From positions 3,589 to 67,588 of the forward strand of contig JBMFWW010000001.1 in the NCBI GenBank assembly GCA_049964835.1: 64,000 nucleotides of DNA, given 5' to 3'. The notes beneath the pieces are model-generated. The model did no database searches. It was not told the DNA's origin and saw only the letters and a program-made list of their open reading frames with translations. Shown one piece after another: positions 18,371-28,023 of this stretch. The position numbers were made by a program, and so were the translations under genes. This DNA comes from Candidatus Micrarchaeia archaeon (GTDB lineage Archaea > Micrarchaeota > Micrarchaeia > Micrarchaeales > CABMGC01). Every line of letters starts with the position of its first letter. The stretch's first letter is position 1.

Positions 18371-20677
18371 ATGCTAAATTATCTTGAACTTGAAAATTGG
18401 AAAGCCCATGGTTCTTCAAAGATACTGTTTTCAAAAGGAACAAATGTCTTTATAGGTCAGATGGGCGCTGGAAAAAGTTCGGTTCTTGATGCAATATCAT
18501 TTGCCCTTTTCGGTACCTTTCCAGGAATTAAAAACAGGCGCACAAAAGTTAGTATGTTAATAAGAAATAGACCCGAGCAGAAAAAAACATCAAGGGTAAA
18601 ATTGTCCTTTTCAGTAGATAATATCGAATATACTGTAGAAAGGACAATTTCTTTGTCTGATTCTGCAAAGGCAAAACTTGAAAGAAATGGGGTATTTGTA
18701 CAGTCGCAACCTGAAAGAGTAACAGAGGAAATAGAAAAAGCATTAAAAATAGACTATGATATTTTTTCAAGAGCAGTATATTCTGAGCAAAATAGATTAG
18801 ATTACTTTCTTGAGATGGGTGCATCAGATAGGAAAAAACAGATAGACAATCTTCTTGGAATAGATAGATTTGCTATTGCTTATGAGAATACAGGAACCCT
18901 TATAAATAAAATGAAGGATATGGTATCTGAGTCGCAAAAAATTCTAGAAAAATTTGATATAAATTCAGCAAAAGAAGAACTAGAACTTCTTGAAAAAGAG
19001 CTAGAAAGCATTAAAAATAACATTTCAGCAATAAATTTAGAGTTAACAACATTAAGAGAAAATGAAAAGGTTATTGATAAAGAGATTCAAGAAAAGAAGA
19101 TTCTCAGAAACAAAAAAATCTTATTAGAAAAAGAGGTAGCTGAGTTATTAAGCAAAGTATCAGTTCTAGATAAAGAATCAAAGATCATAAAAAACAAAGA
19201 AATGCCATCAGAAGACGAAGTAGCTAAATTTCTTAGAAACTCAGAACTCTTCATATCAGAAGCAAAGAAGGAAAGGCTAGAGCTTTCAGAATTAGTCCAA
19301 AAAGAACAGCAAGAACTGGGAAAACTTCAGAATAGTATATCAGATTTAGAACGAAAAGTAGTTGAAAAGAAAGCAGTTATGTCAGAACTAGAAAGGAATA
19401 ATCCTAGTGAAGTAAAAGAAAAACTTGAAAGTACATCAAAGACTCTTGTAGATAAAGAAAAGGAGTACTCTATACTTTTGCATATACGCTCAGAAGGAGA
19501 AAAGTCAATATCAGAATTGAAAAAAGATATAGCAAAATGTCCGATCTGTGATACAGAGCTTTCAAAGGAAAGAAAAGAAAAACTAATTTTAGATAAGAAT
19601 ACAATTTTATCCGAAACAAACTCAAAGATTAAATCCTTAACAACAGAGATAGAGTCATACAAAAAATCAGTAAAGTTGCTTGAAGAGATGCGTTTAAAGC
19701 TTGAGAGATTTGAAGAGAAGAAAAGCTCTTTTGATGGGATAGAAGAAAAGAAAGCAAAACAAGAAGAAGAGATAAAGCTTATGTCTGAAAAAATTACAAA
19801 AACAAGAGCTCTTCTTGAAGCATCGCAAAACAACATTAATAAAAAATCAGAAGAAATATCAACATTTAAACTTTATCTGGAGAATTACATACGGTTATCT
19901 AAATTGTTAAAAGAGATGGAAGAAGTAAGTGCAAAGGCAGATTTAAAGAAACAAGAACTTAATAAAATACATGTTGATGATTTTGAATTAGATCTTCTTC
20001 AAAAAAGATATACAACCTTAAAAGAGTCAATATCAGAAAAATCTGCACTGTTTTCTTCATACTCGAAAATGCAGTCTGATAAGATCAAGCTTTGTGATTC
20101 GAAGAAAAAGGATATCTCTCTAGTAGAAAACATAGCAAAAGATTTAGATTACAAAAAGAGCGCAATAGATAATGTATCTAAATTTAGAAATGCACTCCAA
20201 GAAACGCAAGGAGTAATGCGTCAAAGGTTAATAAGTTCAATAAATGAGACTATGCAATCATTGTGGCCTGAAATATATCCTTATGGAGATTATTCTGGAA
20301 TAATGATGGAAGCTACCGAAGATGATTACTCCTTAAAGATAAGAATAAAGGGTGAAGGAGGTTTTGTATGGGAAGATGTAAACTCAATAGCAAGTGGCGG
20401 AGAAAAGAGCATAGCCTGCATAACTATGCGAATAGCATTTAGTTTAATACTTGTACCTAATCTAAAATGGTTGATACTTGATGAGCCAACACACAATATA
20501 GACTCACAAGGTCTATCAAAGATTGTTCTTCTCTTAAATGAACGATTGCCAAAACTTGTAGATCAAATATTTATAATAACACACGATGAAAAATTAAAGC
20601 AGGTTTCAAACGCAAGAATATACTTATTTTTAAGAAACAAAGCAGAAAATCAAGAAACAACAATAACAGAACTGTAG
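18371..20677 (+). CDS. rad50: Rad50 (SMC-like DSB repair ATPase) with zinc hook
   Basis: Walker A GQMGAGKSS, long K/E-rich coiled coil, central hook CPICDTEL, signature SGGEKS, Walker B LILDEPTHNID. Confidence 0.8.
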   Translation: MLNYLELENWKAHGSSKILFSKGTNVFIGQMGAGKSSVLDAISFALFGTFPGIKNRRTKVSMLIRNRPEQKKTSRVKLSFSVDNIEYTVERTISLSDSAKAKLERNGVFVQSQPERVTEEIEKALKIDYDIFSRAVYSEQNRLDYFLEMGASDRKKQIDNLLGIDRFAIAYENTGTLINKMKDMVSESQKILEKFDINSAKEELELLEKELESIKNNISAINLELTTLRENEKVIDKEIQEKKILRNKKILLEKEVAELLSKVSVLDKESKIIKNKEMPSEDEVAKFLRNSELFISEAKKERLELSELVQKEQQELGKLQNSISDLERKVVEKKAVMSELERNNPSEVKEKLESTSKTLVDKEKEYSILLHIRSEGEKSISELKKDIAKCPICDTELSKERKEKLILDKNTILSETNSKIKSLTTEIESYKKSVKLLEEMRLKLERFEEKKSSFDGIEEKKAKQEEEIKLMSEKITKTRALLEASQNNINKKSEEISTFKLYLENYIRLSKLLKEMEEVSAKADLKKQELNKIHVDDFELDLLQKRYTTLKESISEKSALFSSYSKMQSDKIKLCDSKKKDISLVENIAKDLDYKKSAIDNVSKFRNALQETQGVMRQRLISSINETMQSLWPEIYPYGDYSGIMMEATEDDYSLKIRIKGEGGFVWEDVNSIASGGEKSIACITMRIAFSLILVPNLKWLILDEPTHNIDSQGLSKIVLLLNERLPKLVDQIFIITHDEKLKQVSNARIYLFLRNKAENQETTITEL

Positions 20678-20754
20678 ATAAGTGGTTTATAACTGTTGTA
20701 GATTTTCTATCATATCGTTAAATATTAATTGCGTATCTTTAATCTAATTGTTAA

Positions 20755-20780
20755 ATAAAAAAAGTATGGGCGTAAAGCCC
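20755..20780 (-). terminator. Candidate ftsZ terminator: GGGC-gtaaa-GCCC hairpin followed by a T-run on the minus strand
   Basis: Read directly at 20768-20780. On the minus strand the hairpin is followed by atacttttttttat. It lies between the convergent rad50 and ftsZ genes. Confidence 0.3.
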
Positions 20781-20808
20781 AAATAAAAATAAATAATTGG
20801 CAAACTGT

Positions 20809-21858
20809 TTATATAGAGTCTAATCCAAATCCTCTTTCTTCTCTTTCATTACTTTCTTTGCCTATAACGGAGCTTCCAGAAACACCAGTAAATATAGCAA
20901 TAACCTCTACCTTGCCGGTATATGCATTGTCCAATCTTGCACCCCAAGTAACGTTTGCATTTGCAGAAACGCTTTCAGTAAGCTTTTCTCCTATCTTATT
21001 TGCATCTCCTAATGTCATATCTGGGCCTCCAGTAATATGAAGCAAAACTCCATTTGCTCCTTCATAATCAACATCAAGTAATTTATTATTAAGAGTACTT
21101 CTTACTACTTCCTCTATTTTATTTGCTCCCTGTCCTGTACCAACACTTATCATAGCTAGACCACCATTTCTCATAATGGTTCTCAAATCGGCAAAGTCCA
21201 AATTTATCATACTTGGCTGTGTAATCGCTTCAGTAATACCTCTTACAGCTTTAGCTGTTATCTCATCCGCTATCTGAAATGTTTGTTCTATTGGAAGGTT
21301 AGGATAAAGTTTGACTAGCCTTTGATTATCTATAACTATTAACGTATCAACAAACTGTCTTAGCTTTGCTATTCCCTTCTTAGCCGTTTCTAGCCTGCTC
21401 CTTTCTAGCGCAAAAGGTAGTGTTACAATGCCTACGACTATTGCTCCTACCTCCTTGCTTACTCTAGCAACTACAGGAGCGGCGCCAGTTCCTGTTCCTC
21501 CTCCCATTCCTGCCGTTAGAAATATAAGGTTTTTATCTCGTATCATTAGCTCTATATCCATTCTTGAAAGTTCAGCCGCCTTTTCTCCCATCTCTGGAAA
21601 GCCTCCAGCTCCAAGCCCTCTAGTAATTTCCTTCCCTAGCATTAATCTATTTATGTTCTGACTCAACATGCCTAATTGCTTTCCATCTGTATTGAAAGCG
21701 TATAATCCTGCGCCTTTTATGTCCATACTATTTAACCTATGTACTGTGTTGTTGCCTCCGCCACCTACTCCGACAACCGCTATCTTAGGTTTAAAAAGAT
21801 CATAATCAAAGTCATTATTCTCTTTTTTCTCAGGTTCTGCCCCAAAGTTTGAATACAT
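20809..21858 (-). CDS. ftsZ: Cell division GTPase FtsZ
   Basis: Tubulin signature GMGGGTGTGAAPV, plus VGVGGGGNN and NTDGKQL. Confidence 0.95.
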   Translation of the reverse strand: MYSNFGAEPEKKENNDFDYDLFKPKIAVVGVGGGGNNTVHRLNSMDIKGAGLYAFNTDGKQLGMLSQNINRLMLGKEITRGLGAGGFPEMGEKAAELSRMDIELMIRDKNLIFLTAGMGGGTGTGAAPVVARVSKEVGAIVVGIVTLPFALERSRLETAKKGIAKLRQFVDTLIVIDNQRLVKLYPNLPIEQTFQIADEITAKAVRGITEAITQPSMINLDFADLRTIMRNGGLAMISVGTGQGANKIEEVVRSTLNNKLLDVDYEGANGVLLHITGGPDMTLGDANKIGEKLTESVSANANVTWGARLDNAYTGKVEVIAIFTGVSGSSVIGKESNEREERGFGLDSI

Positions 21859-21930
21859 AGTACCATCTCATAGATTATCTCTACAAATATTAATAAAATA
21901 CTTTCTAAGCAATGTGTATAATGCAAATAC

Positions 21931-23178
21931 CTATATATTCAATTTTTTTGAAACATCCTTCATGTTTAATATATCTGTTTTTGTTATCTCATTTATGAAG
22001 ATAGTTGCATAGGAACCAGACTGCAAAGAGAACTTAACCAAAAAGTCTTCATTAATTTTATTTAGAGAGATATCTTTTGCATATCCTAATGTTGTTCTGA
22101 AAGAGCCCTTCATACTCAACTCAGGCATATGGCTTATCTTAAAAGAGTTTTTATCAATCTCTATTTTTTCAAGAAGATCTCTTTGATACTCATCTATAAA
22201 TTTGTCTTCAGTTTCATATCCTATAAGAGGCAAAACAGGAAACTCTCCATCTCCATTGTCAGATATACTTTCTATATCGGGAAAACCAAAGTTGTTTCTT
22301 TTGCTTTTTACTTTTATATCATTTAAATCTTTATTTTTAATTCGCTCTGATAAAACAACATTGAAGATTGCAGACTCAACAGCATGTATAAACATTATGC
22401 TTATTCCTCTAGGTATCCTTCTCAATGCATTTGCATAGTTCTTGTCCTTTGATAAGTACTCTATTACCATATGTTCATATCTTAAATGTTTTGGAAAGTA
22501 CTCTCTTGCCTTTTCATAATCTTGATCATCTTTCAAGCGATTTCTTGCTTCTACACATTCCTCATCATTTTCGTTTTTTGTATTTGTCAAAAAGGATATC
22601 ACTGCCTCTTCAAACTCACCTTTTATTATGTGCAAGCCGATATCAAAGTTATTTAATCTGTATCCGAATCTCTGTCTGTCAAAGTAATTTGGAAAAAATC
22701 CATTTATTTTATCCAATGTCTCCTTTGCATATTCTGAATTTCCTTCCCTTACCATTACCTCAAACGCATTGCCTATGTTGTTTCCAAGTTCCACTGGACC
22801 TCCCTTCCAAGCACCATTTATTTGTATATCTTTTAATTTTAATCCTTCTAATCTTTTAGGTTCTATCTTATGTATGCTTGCAAGTTGAACAGAAACAGAA
22901 AACTTGTCCTTAGTTCCGCAGTATGCAAATGCACCTTTGCCTCTTCCAAATTTTTTAGCTACCGCAAGCAAAGCACGTATGGTGTCCCAGTTGCGCTTTT
23001 CAATAATGAATGTAGTGAACTGCGATTCGTTATCTACTTTAAAGTTTAGCTCTTCTGGTTTGTAATGCACACCGGGATTAAGTACAATACCTGTACTTGT
23101 AATCTCCTTTACGACAAAGTCCTCATAAAACTTTTTAATTATGCCTCCTGTACCTTTAGTATCTGATAAAAACTCCAT
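21931..23178 (-). CDS. truD: tRNA pseudouridine synthase TruD/Pus7 family
   Basis: N-terminal FVVKEI and the catalytic GTKDK motif (YCGTKDKFSVSVQ), plus the C-terminal GSYATIFINEI block. Confidence 0.8.
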   Translation of the reverse strand: MEFLSDTKGTGGIIKKFYEDFVVKEITSTGIVLNPGVHYKPEELNFKVDNESQFTTFIIEKRNWDTIRALLAVAKKFGRGKGAFAYCGTKDKFSVSVQLASIHKIEPKRLEGLKLKDIQINGAWKGGPVELGNNIGNAFEVMVREGNSEYAKETLDKINGFFPNYFDRQRFGYRLNNFDIGLHIIKGEFEEAVISFLTNTKNENDEECVEARNRLKDDQDYEKAREYFPKHLRYEHMVIEYLSKDKNYANALRRIPRGISIMFIHAVESAIFNVVLSERIKNKDLNDIKVKSKRNNFGFPDIESISDNGDGEFPVLPLIGYETEDKFIDEYQRDLLEKIEIDKNSFKISHMPELSMKGSFRTTLGYAKDISLNKINEDFLVKFSLQSGSYATIFINEITKTDILNMKDVSKKLNI

Positions 23179-23225
23179 TTAATCTAATTTAATAAACCTT
23201 ATGTTGTAATAAATATTGTGGTCAT

Positions 23226-24104
23226 TTGGCAGATAACTCACTTGTCGAACGTATGCTTTATAGACTTGTCAAAAAACACATAGCAGGAACTACGATGAGC
23301 GCTGCAATATCAAAAGCTGCTGAGCTCAATGTTAAAAAAATACCGGTATCTGTTATGTTCCTTAGTGGAACCATCGACACAAAATCAAAAGCACGCTATA
23401 TTACTTCTACTTACATGGAGCTAATACGAAGGCTATCAAGACTAGGCATCAAGGCTAGCGTTCACATCAAGGCAGAGCAGCTAGGCGTGCTCTTAGATAA
23501 TGAAACAACAGTAAATAACCTGAATGACATACTAAATACGGCTAAGAAATGCGGTATCTTTGTTTGGCTAGAACTTCCTAAGGAAAAGGTTTCATTCATC
23601 GAAGAGCTTAACGGAACAAAGGGCTATGGAGTAGCGGTAGATGAGGAAAATGCAATAAATCTTATAAAAAACAAGAACTTTTTAAGTCCAGTAAAGATAC
23701 TTTTCAATGATCACAGCAACAAAGATGAAAAATATGTATTACAGGATCCAAAGATCAAAAATAAAAAAGCCAAAAGCAAAAATACAAAAAAAGAAAAGAA
23801 TAAAAAAGCAGAAAACATTAAAAAAATACTAATGTCAAAAAGGAACACAGTAATTTCATCGCCTCCAGACAGTATATTGAAGGAACTTCTCTCTATAAAA
23901 AATGACAACAAAAGCAACTTTTTTATAGAGTTCAAGTTTGGCTACAGCCCTAAAAAACTTAAGAAGTATCTTAAGAAAAATAAAAATATAACAATCTTTG
24001 TACCATTCGGAAAGGATTGGACTGAGTTTGCAATGAACAGTGTGCCTGAAGGGTATATGCGTTTCTTAGCAAATAGCTTATTATCTGAAAAAAATAAAGG
24101 TTGA
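23226..24104 (+). CDS. Hypothetical protein, weakly proline-dehydrogenase-family-like, with a Lys-rich insert
   Basis: KKHIAGTT near the N-terminus and VPFGKDW..RFLANSLL near the C-terminus resemble PRODH family ends. The insert is KIKNKKAKSKNTKKEKNKKAENIKK. TTG start, by-eye similarity only. Confidence 0.3.
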   Translation: MADNSLVERMLYRLVKKHIAGTTMSAAISKAAELNVKKIPVSVMFLSGTIDTKSKARYITSTYMELIRRLSRLGIKASVHIKAEQLGVLLDNETTVNNLNDILNTAKKCGIFVWLELPKEKVSFIEELNGTKGYGVAVDEENAINLIKNKNFLSPVKILFNDHSNKDEKYVLQDPKIKNKKAKSKNTKKEKNKKAENIKKILMSKRNTVISSPPDSILKELLSIKNDNKSNFFIEFKFGYSPKKLKKYLKKNKNITIFVPFGKDWTEFAMNSVPEGYMRFLANSLLSEKNKG

Positions 24105-24109
24105 GATTT

Positions 24110-25111
24110 ATGCAACTAGAAAAAACAATTCCAAAACAAGTTCAAAAAACCAGTCCAGGAAGTATTTTAGTTACTGGAGGTGCTGGAAGATTAGGTAAAA
24201 GACTAATCGAGGAATGCATCTCAAAAGGCATTACAGTAAGAGCTCTAGTAAAGGACAAAGAGGATGCTATGTCACTGCCATATGGCACAATACCTTACAT
24301 AGGCGACATAACTTCTAGAGATATAGTTTTTGATGCATGTAAAGGTGTAGATACTGTGTACCATCTTGCAGCGATAGTTAGTCAAAGAGATGGAGGCCAA
24401 AAAGAGATTATAAGAGTAAATGCTGAAGGTACAAAGTTAATAATGGAAGCGGCTGACATTGGCGGCGCCAAGAGGATAATACTTACAAGCACAGTTGATG
24501 TTTACGGCTCAAAAAGAAAGGATCCTCTAACAGAAGAATCTGAATTAAAACCAAATGATATATACGGACATAGCAAGATGCTTGCGGAGAAGCAAATCAC
24601 CTCTTTTAGCGGAAATATTTCTTATACTATTTTAAGACTTGCAACTATTTACGGTGAAGAATATAAACACTCTTTCTTTAAAATATTTGACATGATAAAT
24701 TCAGATAAAGCTTATTTAATAGGCAACGGCAAGAATAACTTATGCTTAATAAATATAAAGGATGTTTTAAACGCTCTGCTTCTTGTAAGAGAAAGCAAGG
24801 TTGCAGCAAATAAAATTTATAATTTAACTGATGGAATGAGCTATACTCAAGAACAGCTTTTCTCTTTAGCCTGCACTCTTCTAGGTAAAAAAGAAAAGTT
24901 AAAACATATAAATGAGTTTATGGCAAGATTGTTATCTAAAAAAGCCGGTATAACAATTGATGATTTAAGATTTATAACAAGCAACAGGGTTGTAAGTATT
25001 GAAAAGATATCAAAAGAGTTAGAATTTAAACCAAAAGTAGATATTAAGACTGGAGCGTCTGAACTCATAAAATTATATAAAATGCATAAAGGTGTGCTTA
25101 ATGGGACTTAA
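24110..25111 (+). CDS. NAD-dependent epimerase/dehydratase (extended SDR)
   Basis: Rossmann motif VTGGAGRLGKRL and catalytic YGHSK. I prefer the ATG at 24110. Confidence 0.75.
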   Translation: MQLEKTIPKQVQKTSPGSILVTGGAGRLGKRLIEECISKGITVRALVKDKEDAMSLPYGTIPYIGDITSRDIVFDACKGVDTVYHLAAIVSQRDGGQKEIIRVNAEGTKLIMEAADIGGAKRIILTSTVDVYGSKRKDPLTEESELKPNDIYGHSKMLAEKQITSFSGNISYTILRLATIYGEEYKHSFFKIFDMINSDKAYLIGNGKNNLCLINIKDVLNALLLVRESKVAANKIYNLTDGMSYTQEQLFSLACTLLGKKEKLKHINEFMARLLSKKAGITIDDLRFITSNRVVSIEKISKELEFKPKVDIKTGASELIKLYKMHKGVLNGT

Positions 25112-25895
25112 AATAGGTAAGACAGAGAAATACATAAATGAGCAATTAGAGAGGAAGGGAGCACTTCTTTTCATGGTTGTAGATCCTGTAGATTATAAGG
25201 ATGAAAAAGATGCAATAAAGTTTGCAAAGGACTCTGCAGAAGGAGGCGCTGATGTAATTCTAGTGGGAGGTAGCGTAGGCGCGCAAGGCGAATTACTAGA
25301 TGATGTTACAAAGGGCATAAAGGATGTAGTAAATGTACCTGTAATACTCTTTCCTGGAAATATAGCTACTATAACAAAGTACGCTGATGCATTATACTTC
25401 ATGTCTTTGCTAAACGCAAGAAATCCATACTGGATAACTCAGGCTCAAATGCTTTCAGCTCCTCTAATTAAAAAGATGAACATAGAGCCTCTGCCTGTCG
25501 GTTATATTGTAGTCCAACCTGGTGGCACTGTTGGCTGGGTTGGTGATGCAAATTTAGTTCCTAGAGAGAAGCCTATGATCGCTGCGGCTCTAGCAATGGC
25601 TGGACAGTATCTTGGAAATAGGATAATCATAACTGATGTCGGTTCAAATCCACAGTCCCAAGGTCAATCCTCAGTTCCTTTAGATATGATAAAGGCAGTA
25701 AGCAGCTCTATAACTGTTCCATATGGAATAGCTGGTGGTATACGAGATGAAGATACTATACGTTCTTCAATAAAGGCTGGCGCTCAAATACTACAAATAG
25801 GAACAGCTATAGAAAAATCAAAGGATGCTATTGAAAAATCAAGATTTTTCTCTAAAATAATAAAAGAGGAAGGTTTAAAAAAATTGCGCCAGTGA
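25101..25895 (+). CDS. Geranylgeranylglyceryl phosphate synthase (GGGPS, PcrB family, long form)
   Basis: Blocks VVDPVD, ADVILVGGS, VPVILFPGN, YFMSLLNARNPYWI and IAGGIR match archaeal GGGPS by eye (compared with the Thermoplasma enzyme). It overlaps the SDR 3' end. Confidence 0.85.
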   Translation: MGLKIGKTEKYINEQLERKGALLFMVVDPVDYKDEKDAIKFAKDSAEGGADVILVGGSVGAQGELLDDVTKGIKDVVNVPVILFPGNIATITKYADALYFMSLLNARNPYWITQAQMLSAPLIKKMNIEPLPVGYIVVQPGGTVGWVGDANLVPREKPMIAAALAMAGQYLGNRIIITDVGSNPQSQGQSSVPLDMIKAVSSSITVPYGIAGGIRDEDTIRSSIKAGAQILQIGTAIEKSKDAIEKSRFFSKIIKEEGLKKLRQ

Positions 25896-25902
25896 GCTTC
25901 AA

Positions 25903-27006
25903 ATGAGAGATATTTCATCAATAGAAATCAACTTAATTGTAAAAGAACTATCTCCATTTATTCAAGGAAGTAGAATAAGAAAGATATATTTTTTAGGCGG
26001 AGATTCCTTCAGAATAACCTTTTATAAAGATAATGATACGCTACATCTCTATATAAAATTACTTAAAACAATAAACAAGACCAACTTTTCCGAATCTGGA
26101 GATGAACCAAACAACTTTGTCATGGGTCTTAGAAAAAGAATTGAAAACAGAATAGTAAACTCTATAGAGCAAAAGAACTCAGATAGGATTTGTATAATAG
26201 ATATAGGCAAAGAGCACTTCCTTTTTGTAATAGAGATGCTTGGAAAGGGAAATATAATTTTAGTAGATGAAAACAACAAGATTGAGCTTTCATATAAAGC
26301 ACTTGAGTTTTCAGACCGAATAATTAAAAAAGGCAATGAGTATAAGCTTCCCAAAAATGACTCTCTTTCTTTTGAAGAAGCAATAAAAAATCTTTCAATT
26401 ATACTTGAAAAGTCAGGATCAGAAAAGATAATATCTATACTTTCAAAAAACTTTAACATCGGTCCCCTATACATAGAAGATATATTGAAAAGAGCAGATG
26501 TAGATCCAAAAAAAATAAAAATAACTGAAAGTGAAAAAGAAGCAATAGAAAAAGAAATAATAAAGTTTTCAAAGGTAATAGAGGAACCAAAACCTACGCT
26601 ATATTTAGAAAATAATGTTCCTTTAAATTATGCAATATGCGAAATTAAAAAATATGAAAATCTAGAAAAGAAGATATTCAATACTTTAAATGAACTACTA
26701 GATTATCTTTATCTCTCGGATAGGTCTTACATAAAAGACAATAAAAAGCAGCAAATGTTAGAGGAATTAAAGGCAAATATAGAAAAACAGGACGTATTAT
26801 ATAAAAAGTTGACAGAAGATTCAAAACGCTATTCAAAGATAGGCAACACCATATTCGAAAGGTTAAATATATTAAATGATGCAATATTTTATATGAGAGA
26901 AAACAAAAAAACAACACTAGAAGAGCTTAAAAAAAGATTTCCTGAGTTAAATATTAAAAAGTTAGATCTTAAAGACAAAAAATTTATTATAGAAATAGAT
27001 GAGTAA
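25903..27006 (+). CDS. NFACT-N (FbpA/Rqc2-like) protein, short form without NFACT-R
   Basis: N-terminal IEINLIVKELSPFIQGSRIRKIY and VIEMLGKGNIILVD are typical of NFACT-N, followed by a coiled coil. The protein ends at 367 aa, immediately before rnz. Confidence 0.55.
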   Translation: MRDISSIEINLIVKELSPFIQGSRIRKIYFLGGDSFRITFYKDNDTLHLYIKLLKTINKTNFSESGDEPNNFVMGLRKRIENRIVNSIEQKNSDRICIIDIGKEHFLFVIEMLGKGNIILVDENNKIELSYKALEFSDRIIKKGNEYKLPKNDSLSFEEAIKNLSIILEKSGSEKIISILSKNFNIGPLYIEDILKRADVDPKKIKITESEKEAIEKEIIKFSKVIEEPKPTLYLENNVPLNYAICEIKKYENLEKKIFNTLNELLDYLYLSDRSYIKDNKKQQMLEELKANIEKQDVLYKKLTEDSKRYSKIGNTIFERLNILNDAIFYMRENKKTTLEELKKRFPELNIKKLDLKDKKFIIEIDE

Positions 27007-27897
27007 ATGTTAGATATTATATTTTTAGGGACTGCAGGTTCAGCGCCTACAAAGAAAAGATCCTTGCCTTCAACATACTTATTTTATGATGGAGACGCTC
27101 TTCTTTTTGATTGCGGTGAAGGAACACAGATGCAGATAATAAAATTAGGTCTAAGTCCTAATAAAATAAGAGCGATTTTTATAAGTCATATCCATGGGGA
27201 TCATGTCATCGGAATAGCTGGACTTGTAAGGACCTTGGCTCTAAACAACAGAACTGAAGAGCTAAAGATATTCATACCAAAAGGATTTGAAAAGGCAATA
27301 ACATCGCTTATAAAATTTGACAAGGCAATTATAAATTATTCTATTAAAATACTTCCAATTAAAAGAGGGGTAATATTCTCAACGAAAAAGTATCAAGTTT
27401 CAGCCTTTAAGCTAAATCATACTGTAATGACATACGGTTTTGCTTTCTCTGAAAATGAAAAATTAAAGTTTGACGTTCAAAAATGTAAATCTCTAGGCAT
27501 CAAAGGAGATATGTTTAAGCATCTTGAATTAAACGGAAAGATAATAATAAACAAGAACAAAATACTATTAAAAGAGGTTTCATACAAGAAAAAGGGATTA
27601 AAAGTAATTTATGCTACAGATACAAGACCCACAAAAGAAACTATAACTAATGCAATGCACGCTGATCTTTTAATTCATGAGTCTTCATATACACAGGAAT
27701 CAATTGAGCTTGCAAAGTCAAGAAAGCATTCTACAGTTACAGAGGCTGCAACAATAGCAAAAACAGCAAAGGTAACGCAATTAGTTCTAACACACATAAG
27801 CGCAAGATATAAAGATGATTTCGAATTAATAAAAGAAGGTAAATCAATATTTAAGAATACGAGCGTTGCCTTTGATGGTATGAAGCTGCAGTTATAA
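27007..27897 (+). CDS. rnz: Ribonuclease Z (tRNA 3' endonuclease)
   Basis: Metallo-beta-lactamase motif SHIHGDHVIG, N-terminal FLGTAGSAPT, C-terminal LTHISARY. The ATG directly follows the upstream TAA stop codon (taaatg), no overlap. Confidence 0.85.
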   Translation: MLDIIFLGTAGSAPTKKRSLPSTYLFYDGDALLFDCGEGTQMQIIKLGLSPNKIRAIFISHIHGDHVIGIAGLVRTLALNNRTEELKIFIPKGFEKAITSLIKFDKAIINYSIKILPIKRGVIFSTKKYQVSAFKLNHTVMTYGFAFSENEKLKFDVQKCKSLGIKGDMFKHLELNGKIIINKNKILLKEVSYKKKGLKVIYATDTRPTKETITNAMHADLLIHESSYTQESIELAKSRKHSTVTEAATIAKTAKVTQLVLTHISARYKDDFELIKEGKSIFKNTSVAFDGMKLQL

Positions 27898-27948
27898 ATG
27901 TAAAATGTATATAAATATTAAATGCCAATTGTTATAACAATTATTGAC

Positions 27949-28019
27949 GGAGGTATCGTCTAGTGGTAGGACGGCAGATTGACATTCTGCAAGCCAGAGT
28001 TCAATTCTCTGTACCTCCA
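27949..28019 (+). tRNA. tRNA-Val(GAC)
   Basis: Acceptor GGAGGTA/TACCTCC plus A. D-arm GTCT-AGTGGTA-GGAC. Anticodon arm GCAGA-TTGACAT-TCTGC. T-arm CAGAG-TTCAATT-CTCTG. Confidence 0.85.
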
Positions 28020-28023
28020 TTTA

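Noticed and set aside
19327-19836. 169-aa ORF antisense to rad50
   Set aside because: Ser/Phe-rich low-complexity translation of the complement of a Lys/Glu-rich coiled-coil region. It lies entirely inside a well-supported gene.
22129-22859. Three + strand ORFs (65, 78 and 144 aa) inside truD
   Set aside because: They are antisense to a gene with clear TruD motifs. They have Leu/Ser/Phe-rich composition and no motifs.
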